The notes under the pieces: model-generated
Seen by the model: only the letters and a program-made list of their open reading frames with translations
The model's database searches: none
Told to the model about the DNA's origin: nothing
NCBI GenBank assembly: GCA_028696995.1
Contig: JAQVFY010000001.1
Location: forward strand, 18,444-82,443
Length of the DNA stretch: 64,000 bases
From: Patescibacteria group bacterium
GTDB taxonomy: Bacteria > Patescibacteriota > Patescibacteriia > Patescibacteriales > UBA12465
Direction of reading: 5' to 3'
In this document: piece by piece, positions 58,602 to 64,000 of the stretch
Numbering within the stretch: the first letter of the stretch is position 1
How the letters are laid out: each line of letters begins with the position of its first letter
Program-made: the position numbers and the translations under genes

Positions 58602-61121
58602 TCATAAACTCCGATTGGAAATTTCTTGCATAATAATATTCCTATCCTGCCCATACTTATATCTACTAAGCTGTCTAATATTCTGCGCCATTCCTTCCCG
58701 ATAATTCCCCATCAGAGGCCAAACAGTCTGTAAGGAAAAAGGTCGAACACCTTGTCCATCTACCAACAATTTAGCAAAACCACCTCGACCAACATTAACT
58801 AAATCATACTCATTAAAAACCGGACCAAACTCTTTAACCAAAAACTCAGCATCTTCTGAACCAACACGAAAACTAACCATAGTACCAACGTTACCAAAAA
58901 CCGCATCCTTAATTTGAGTATCTTGATTTTTACTAAGCTGACCAATATATTGATGAGCAATATTTAAACATAAAGAATATTTTCGAGCCTCAGATAAAAT
59001 CTGACAAATAGAATTAGTAGTAAAATTCTGAAACTCATCAATATATAAATAAAAATCTTTTCTCTGCTCCTGCGGAATATCAGTTCGAGACAGGGCCGAC
59101 ATCAAAATTTTTCCAACAATAATCATGCCCAATAAATAAGCATTCATTTCTCCGATAGATCCTTTAGGTAAATCCACCATAATAATTTTTTGATTATCCA
59201 TTAAATCCCTAAAATTAAAAGCACTCTTTTGCTGACCAATAATCGGCATCATCATATCATTAGATATAAAGGGAGTTAATTTAGAGGTAATATAAGGGAC
59301 CATGTTAGCTAGAGCAGCCTCCCCTCCAGCCTTCTCAGCTTCTTTTTGCCAGAAATCAACCACCGTTTTGTTTTTGCATAAACTTAATTTCATGCGACGA
59401 AAATCTTCATCAGCTAAAACCTTGGAAACCTCCATTAAAGTTGAACCAGTCTCAGGACTATCCATAATCAACAACAAGGCATTGCGCATGTATTGCTCAA
59501 ACATTGGACCACCGGTTGCTTTAAGATCATATAATTTATCAAAAATTCCAATCATCTCATTGATGACGAAAGTTTTTTGTTCCGGATAACGCGGATCATA
59601 TTCCAATAAATTCAAACCAATAGGTCTCTTAATATCTGAGGGAGAAAAAACAATCACATCCTCAGCTCTTTCTGGAGGAATACGATTTAAAATATCTTCT
59701 ATTAAATCACCATTAGGATCCATTACACAAACCCCATGACCATTTTCAATATCCTGGATAGCCATATTATTCAAAAGAACAGATTTACCAGTACCAGATT
59801 TACCAACAATATACATATGACGACGCCTATCAACTGATTTAATTCTAATATCCATTTTTATCCCTCTAAAAACATTATATCCTAATAAAATACCTTCCTT
59901 AGGTACATTATTAGGGGCTGGAGCAGTCTTAGAGGTTAACCAATCAATATTGGGAGTCTCAGTATGAGGTAAGGGCAAATGATACATACTAACCAACTCT
60001 TGAGTATTTAAAAGAAAATCTTGCCCTTCAATAAAACGACGATAAATAAAATTTTCTATGATCTTAGATTGATTTTTTTTAATAACTTTTCTAAAAGAAT
60101 TTCCGTATTGATAATAATTATATTCACTAAAAGCGCTACAAATATTGTCAAAATATATTTTAGTTTTATTCGGATCCTTAGAACTAGTAATAACGCGTAA
60201 ATTAACTTCTAGGCCGGACTTAGAATTCTTCTCCTCCATTTTTTTCAACATCTCTCTCTCCTTCTCAGTCAGCTCCTTAGAATTTTGTTTATTAGGGTCA
60301 TCTTTGCTGTCCGATTTTCCCATATTAAAAATTCCTAAAATAATATCATAAATAATAAAATTAATGGTATTAAAGAAAACTGAGCTACTGACCCTAAATA
60401 TTGCGCTAACATCTTTATCTTTATAAGCATTTAAAACCGCTTTTTTTAACTTCGCATGCCAAATCTTTTTAGCACTACGAACTACATATTGTACAGCAAT
60501 ACTTTCGTCACTTTCCAGTTTAGACATAACATTAATAATAGAATTCATCGGATCATACTCCATGTCGGTATAATCTAAAAATGGAAAGATAAAAGAACGC
60601 TTGGCTTTAAAATATCCAGCCATTACCGTTCCTTGAGAACTAAAAGCATTATAATCTTCTACGGCTTCAATTGAGGCCTCAGGATAATAGGCATGAATTT
60701 GTTGTTCCAAATACAAAGCCTTTTCTGATGGAGCGCTAACATAAAAAGAAATTTTGCTTTTATGTGCTACGATTTCAAAAGAAAAATTATCAGTTCGACC
60801 AAAAAACCAAGCTCGCAATCCCCTTTGAGCTCTCATTCCACCAATACTAGAAAAAATAGTTTCACCCTGAGCAATCTCCTCTCTTAATTGTTGAATATTA
60901 AAATCCTTATCTTTATCTTTAGGTTTTTCTTTAGGCAATTTAACTAAAAAAATAACATTATTGCCACTCTTATCACGAACCGAAAAATATTTAAAAAAAT
61001 AACGAATAATAAATATTAATACCAATAAAAAAAGAGCAAAGATAATCCAATATAAATAATTTATATTATTTTGAACTGCAAGCTCTCCACTGGATACAAA
61101 TTGAGTTCCTAGATCGTTCAT
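58602..61121 (-). CDS. VirD4/TraG/HerA-like P-loop ATPase with N-terminal TM (type common in CPR)
   Basis: RHMYIVGKSGTGKS, DPNGD, LYIDEFQN, LSEARKY, AHQY. Confidence 0.8.
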   Translation of the reverse strand: MNDLGTQFVSSGELAVQNNINYLYWIIFALFLLVLIFIIRYFFKYFSVRDKSGNNVIFLVKLPKEKPKDKDKDFNIQQLREEIAQGETIFSSIGGMRAQRGLRAWFFGRTDNFSFEIVAHKSKISFYVSAPSEKALYLEQQIHAYYPEASIEAVEDYNAFSSQGTVMAGYFKAKRSFIFPFLDYTDMEYDPMNSIINVMSKLESDESIAVQYVVRSAKKIWHAKLKKAVLNAYKDKDVSAIFRVSSSVFFNTINFIIYDIILGIFNMGKSDSKDDPNKQNSKELTEKEREMLKKMEEKNSKSGLEVNLRVITSSKDPNKTKIYFDNICSAFSEYNYYQYGNSFRKVIKKNQSKIIENFIYRRFIEGQDFLLNTQELVSMYHLPLPHTETPNIDWLTSKTAPAPNNVPKEGILLGYNVFRGIKMDIRIKSVDRRRHMYIVGKSGTGKSVLLNNMAIQDIENGHGVCVMDPNGDLIEDILNRIPPERAEDVIVFSPSDIKRPIGLNLLEYDPRYPEQKTFVINEMIGIFDKLYDLKATGGPMFEQYMRNALLLIMDSPETGSTLMEVSKVLADEDFRRMKLSLCKNKTVVDFWQKEAEKAGGEAALANMVPYITSKLTPFISNDMMMPIIGQQKSAFNFRDLMDNQKIIMVDLPKGSIGEMNAYLLGMIIVGKILMSALSRTDIPQEQRKDFYLYIDEFQNFTTNSICQILSEARKYSLCLNIAHQYIGQLSKNQDTQIKDAVFGNVGTMVSFRVGSEDAEFLVKEFGPVFNEYDLVNVGRGGFAKLLVDGQGVRPFSLQTVWPLMGNYREGMAQNIRQLSRYKYGQDRNIIMQEISNRSL

Positions 61122-61124
61122 AAA

Positions 61125-61634
61125 TTATTTTTTTAATTTTATTATTTTATCAGCTTTTATTTTAGCTTCTTGCTCTAAAAAATGAGAATTAACTTTAGGA
61201 ATAATTTTTAACCACATTTTAATAAGATTGATAATTTTTTTAATTTTTACCTTAGCTTGAGTTAATAATTCATTTATTTTTAAAACTGTTCGCTCTCCCT
61301 CTTCTCTAAATTTTTTCTGCTCGATCGGAGTCAAGCTTAAAAAAATTTCATCCAAACCCTCAGATAAAATTTGATCTATTTGTTTTTGTCTTTCTAAATC
61401 AGGACTGGTAATAGAAACTGCCGGTTTTTTATTTGAGGCGATCATCGCTTCACCTGTTTTTTCTAAAACCTTTTTTTCTTCTCCACTTTTTTCTGTACCA
61501 CTTCCCTCTTTTTCTACTAAAACTTCTTTAATTTGATCACTTTTTTCAATATCAAGACCAGGCTTCTCTATTGAGGAAGATAAATCATTTTCAATCTTTT
61601 CTTGTTCAAAACTCTTATTTAAATCTTGTGCCAT
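61125..61634 (-). CDS. Conserved hypothetical protein
   Basis: Acidic disordered N-term; C-term WLKIIPKVN.HFLEQEAKIK; operonic with the ATPase gene. Confidence 0.65.
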   Translation of the reverse strand: MAQDLNKSFEQEKIENDLSSSIEKPGLDIEKSDQIKEVLVEKEGSGTEKSGEEKKVLEKTGEAMIASNKKPAVSITSPDLERQKQIDQILSEGLDEIFLSLTPIEQKKFREEGERTVLKINELLTQAKVKIKKIINLIKMWLKIIPKVNSHFLEQEAKIKADKIIKLKK

Positions 61635-61639
61635 ATTAT

Positions 61640-61816
61640 TTAATCTATTTTAATAGCTTCAACTGGACAACTATTGGAAGCATTGCGAGCGCAATCAACA
61701 TCTTGCTGACTGATGACTTCTGATTTTCCAGTTGAATTTATTTTAAAAACCTTGGGGCACATATTTACACACATCCCACAACCAATACATTTGTTTTGAT
61801 CAACTTTAATTGACAT
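61640..61816 (-). CDS. Monocluster ferredoxin
   Basis: CIGCGMC..CP and CPVEAI; ATG at 61816. Confidence 0.85.
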   Translation of the reverse strand: MSIKVDQNKCIGCGMCVNMCPKVFKINSTGKSEVISQQDVDCARNASNSCPVEAIKID

Positions 61817-62011
61817 AAAAATATAAAAACTTATCAGCAATAATATTGCCTATAAATTTAATAATAATTAATAAATATAATTAAATTATAATACATTTTA
61901 TTAGGTTTGACAAGGAAGTATAACTTTGTTATATTATACTAGTATAAAAATATAAATAATCTGCCTGCTTTCATTATTAATTCATAAAACGACAGTCAGG
62001 CACACAAAAAT

Positions 62012-62290
62012 ATGGCCCATAAAAAAGCCGGTGGATCAACCACGCTGGGACGTGATTCCCATAGTAAACGCTTAGGTGTGAAATTATCTGACGGACAAAC
62101 AGCTAAAACTGGATCTATCATCATCCGTCAACGTGGAACCAAATACCACCCAGGAGAAAATGTTAAAAAAGGTAAAGATGATACTCTATTTGCTACTACC
62201 AAAGGAGTTGTTAAATTTAAGACAAAAAAACTTTTAAAGTTTGATGGAAAATTACTTAAAAACAAAATTGTCAATGTAGTTAAAAATTAA
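62012..62290 (+). CDS. rpmA: 50S ribosomal protein L27
   Basis: [25 protein letters not shown]. Confidence 0.97.
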   Translation: MAHKKAGGSTTLGRDSHSKRLGVKLSDGQTAKTGSIIIRQRGTKYHPGENVKKGKDDTLFATTKGVVKFKTKKLLKFDGKLLKNKIVNVVKN

Positions 62291-62368
62291 TTTTCCTAAA
62301 TTATTTTTATTAAATATTGTGCTATAAAAAATTGGATTTCGTGATCCAGTTTTTTTATTTCAAAAATT

Positions 62369-62433
62369 AGATTCCAGCCTTCGCTGGAAAGACAAGGTAA
62401 AAAAGCAACTGGAAAGACAAGGTAAAAAAGCAA
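62369..62433 (+). repeat. REP-like palindrome with a 25-nt tandem duplication of its right half
   Basis: TTCCAGC-cttc-GCTGGAA hairpin; CTGGAAAGACAAGGTAAAAAAGCAA at 62384-62408 and 62409-62433. Confidence 0.8.
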
Positions 62434-62502
62434 AAAGAAAAAACCCTCAACTTAGCTTTGTGCTTTTGTTGAGGGTTGGGTTGGTGTTTTTTTGGGGGTG
62501 GG

Positions 62503-63300
62503 CTACCAAGCCCGAGCTTTCCCACTGAGACAACTTCCGTTGTCTCGAGTGAAGAGTCCCGCCACGTTGAGCGAGACATAGAACCCCTCGGTCCCTAGGT
62601 TTACCTCGTTAAAGTAACCCAGGGATAAAACATTTTGACACACCAGATGGGAGGCCACCAAACCTCCAATCCTGATGCTGTGGTTACTATTGTCCAAGCC
62701 GTATCCCACCGTCGGTGAGATAAACAGCCTGTCAGAGACATCTTGGCGATAAATCGCCAAGTCAGCTGAGACCCGAAGAGGATCACGCTGTCTCTGAAAG
62801 GCGTAGGCCCTGGTGAAGCCCAACTCGACCGAAGCATAAAACTTCGGGCAAAATTTGACTTCGTCTTGGAAAAGAACGAGTGCTGTTGGGATTGAAAATC
62901 CCTTTAATTCTTCCCCTCCCGGAACCGAGGTTCCGAAAAGGTCCATATTGCGGGAGTTCCCAAATTTTTTCAGGAATCCCACACGGACCTCTGATTTTTT
63001 ACCAATGACCATGCGAAGAACGAATCCCCCATTCATCATGGTCTTCTCGGTAAAGATCCCTGACGAGCCCAGCACGTTGCTGGTAGAATAGCCGGCGCGA
63101 ATGCCGAACCATCCTTGGCCCAGCCAAAACTCTCCAAGGAAGTCGTTAGTGTTGGAGTTCCCCTGAATTGGGGTTTCGGAAAAATTGAATTTTCCGGAAT
63201 ACTCCAATCTTCCGGCTTCACCGAAATCTTGAGCGAAAGTGGTTGTGTTTAAGGCGATCAGAATCAGGGCGATCAAGGTCAGAGCGATTGCTTTTTTCAT
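62503..63300 (-). CDS. Secreted beta-strand-rich (outer-membrane-barrel-like) protein, about 50% GC
   Basis: Signal MKKAIALTLIALILIALNTTTFA|Q; Gly/aromatic amphipathic strands; C-terminal Trp. Confidence 0.6.
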   Translation of the reverse strand: MKKAIALTLIALILIALNTTTFAQDFGEAGRLEYSGKFNFSETPIQGNSNTNDFLGEFWLGQGWFGIRAGYSTSNVLGSSGIFTEKTMMNGGFVLRMVIGKKSEVRVGFLKKFGNSRNMDLFGTSVPGGEELKGFSIPTALVLFQDEVKFCPKFYASVELGFTRAYAFQRQRDPLRVSADLAIYRQDVSDRLFISPTVGYGLDNSNHSIRIGGLVASHLVCQNVLSLGYFNEVNLGTEGFYVSLNVAGLFTRDNGSCLSGKARAW

Positions 63301-63375
63301 TGTAATTTGATTTTGTTGGTATTTAAAAACCTTTTTAATATCTTCCTAAAAAAGCTTTTAAATACCAACCAAATT

Positions 63376-63433
63376 TGTCAAAGAACTAAACTTTCAATAG
63401 CTATATTATAGCACAAAAGATAAAAAATGTCAA
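63376..63433 (-). promoter_or_regulatory. Consensus sigma70 promoter plus boxA-like motif
   Basis: Minus strand: TTGACA-N17 (with TG)-TATAAT, then AGTTCTTTGACA (63376-63387). Confidence 0.7.
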
Positions 63434-63610
63434 TAGATATAATAAAAACCCTTAAAAATAAGGGTTTAATCACCATTTTAAGCTCTTTTTGTATAGCTAA
63501 ATAGATAATTTTTTCTTGTCACTCCAGCTTGTCACGTTTTACGTGGCGCAGGCCGAGGTCCACAAAAAGGTAAATAAAAAACCCCATCGCTTAGTGCTAA
63601 ATGGGGTTAA

Positions 63611-63653
63611 ATTCCAGCCTTCGCTGGAATGACAAGGAAGCTGGAATGACAAA
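63611..63653 (+). repeat. REP-like palindrome plus duplicated half
   Basis: ATTCCAGCCTTCGCTGGAATGACAAGG followed by GCTGGAATGACAA. Confidence 0.8.
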
Positions 63654-63657
63654 AGTA

Positions 63658-63999
63658 TCAGAAGGCCGAGAAAAACCCGGCTAAGTTCAAAGTCACGAAG
63701 AATCCTTCGACACCTGTTCTTTGGGTGTCAAAGAAGTATCCAAAACGAACCACATCAGTTCTGATGAGATTCGAGGACACTGTTCCTCCGACTTTGAATA
63801 CTGGTTCTAGACGGGTCATCTGCCCTACTTCCACCCCCACCAAAGGTGAGAAATGAAATTCGGGCATAAAATGCCAGGTGTACAAAGACAGGTCGGCTGA
63901 AGCATAAAAATACTGCTTCATGCTGAAAACCTGGTCATCCCGAAACCAGTTGCTAATTCCATGGCCCGGTCCGAACTGGAAGTTCTGCTCGGCCGACAG
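63658..63999 (-). CDS. C-terminal part of a paralog of 62503-63300 (5' end lies beyond the window)
   Basis: Frame open to the window edge; aligns SADL.(I/L)Y..SP.VG..(I/V)GG.V.S.L..GYF..G.EGF.V.LN.AG.F; ends in Phe. Confidence 0.7.
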   Translation of the reverse strand: MSAEQNFQFGPGHGISNWFRDDQVFSMKQYFYASADLSLYTWHFMPEFHFSPLVGVEVGQMTRLEPVFKVGGTVSSNLIRTDVVRFGYFFDTQRTGVEGFFVTLNLAGFFSAF

Positions 64000-64000
64000 G

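Noticed and set aside
61961-62003. TGCCTG..CAGGCA stem in the rpmA leader as a possible regulatory RNA
   Set aside because: Only a short stem with no family I can recognise; insufficient support.
62369-62433. Possible mini-CRISPR from the 25-nt direct repeat
   Set aside because: Two adjacent copies with no spacer and no cas genes; explained as a REP half duplication.
62367-62579. 70-aa minus-strand ORF ending FPAKAGI
   Set aside because: It is a translation of the REP palindrome and terminator region, not a gene.

Overview
AT-rich bacterial chromosome segment read in the standard code. The gene set (short MetG, CPR-type VirD4-like ATPase, pilin-FISUMP fusion, FG-GAP surface protein, SD-less housekeeping genes) suggests Patescibacteria/CPR, Parcubacteria-like; this taxonomy is an inference. 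The low-GC backbone carries tRNA-Gln, leuS, dnaX, serS, alr, an ftsQ-like gene, xer, uvrD-exonuclease, rnhB, gltX, pyrG, metG, secE-nusG-rplK-rplA, uppP and rpmA. It is interspersed with a second class of visibly higher-GC transcription units: de novo nucleotide genes (pyrD, pyrC, pyrF-pyrE fusion, purN, large purL, purM, PAICS-like purC-purE, purA), orphan genes, a Bacteroidota-style lipoprotein and two paralogous beta-barrel-like proteins. Most of this second class share a sigma70 promoter followed by a boxA-like 12-mer, and they use translation-initiation signals unlike the backbone. Other signals: an in-frame TAA splitting purC-purE, a 171-nt in-frame duplication in purM, two families of REP-like palindromes, a DGR-like variable region at the 3' end of the pilin-FISUMP gene, and a gene-orientation switch with a dif-like palindrome next to xer (probable replication terminus). 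All calls come from motif recognition by eye; no database searches were run.
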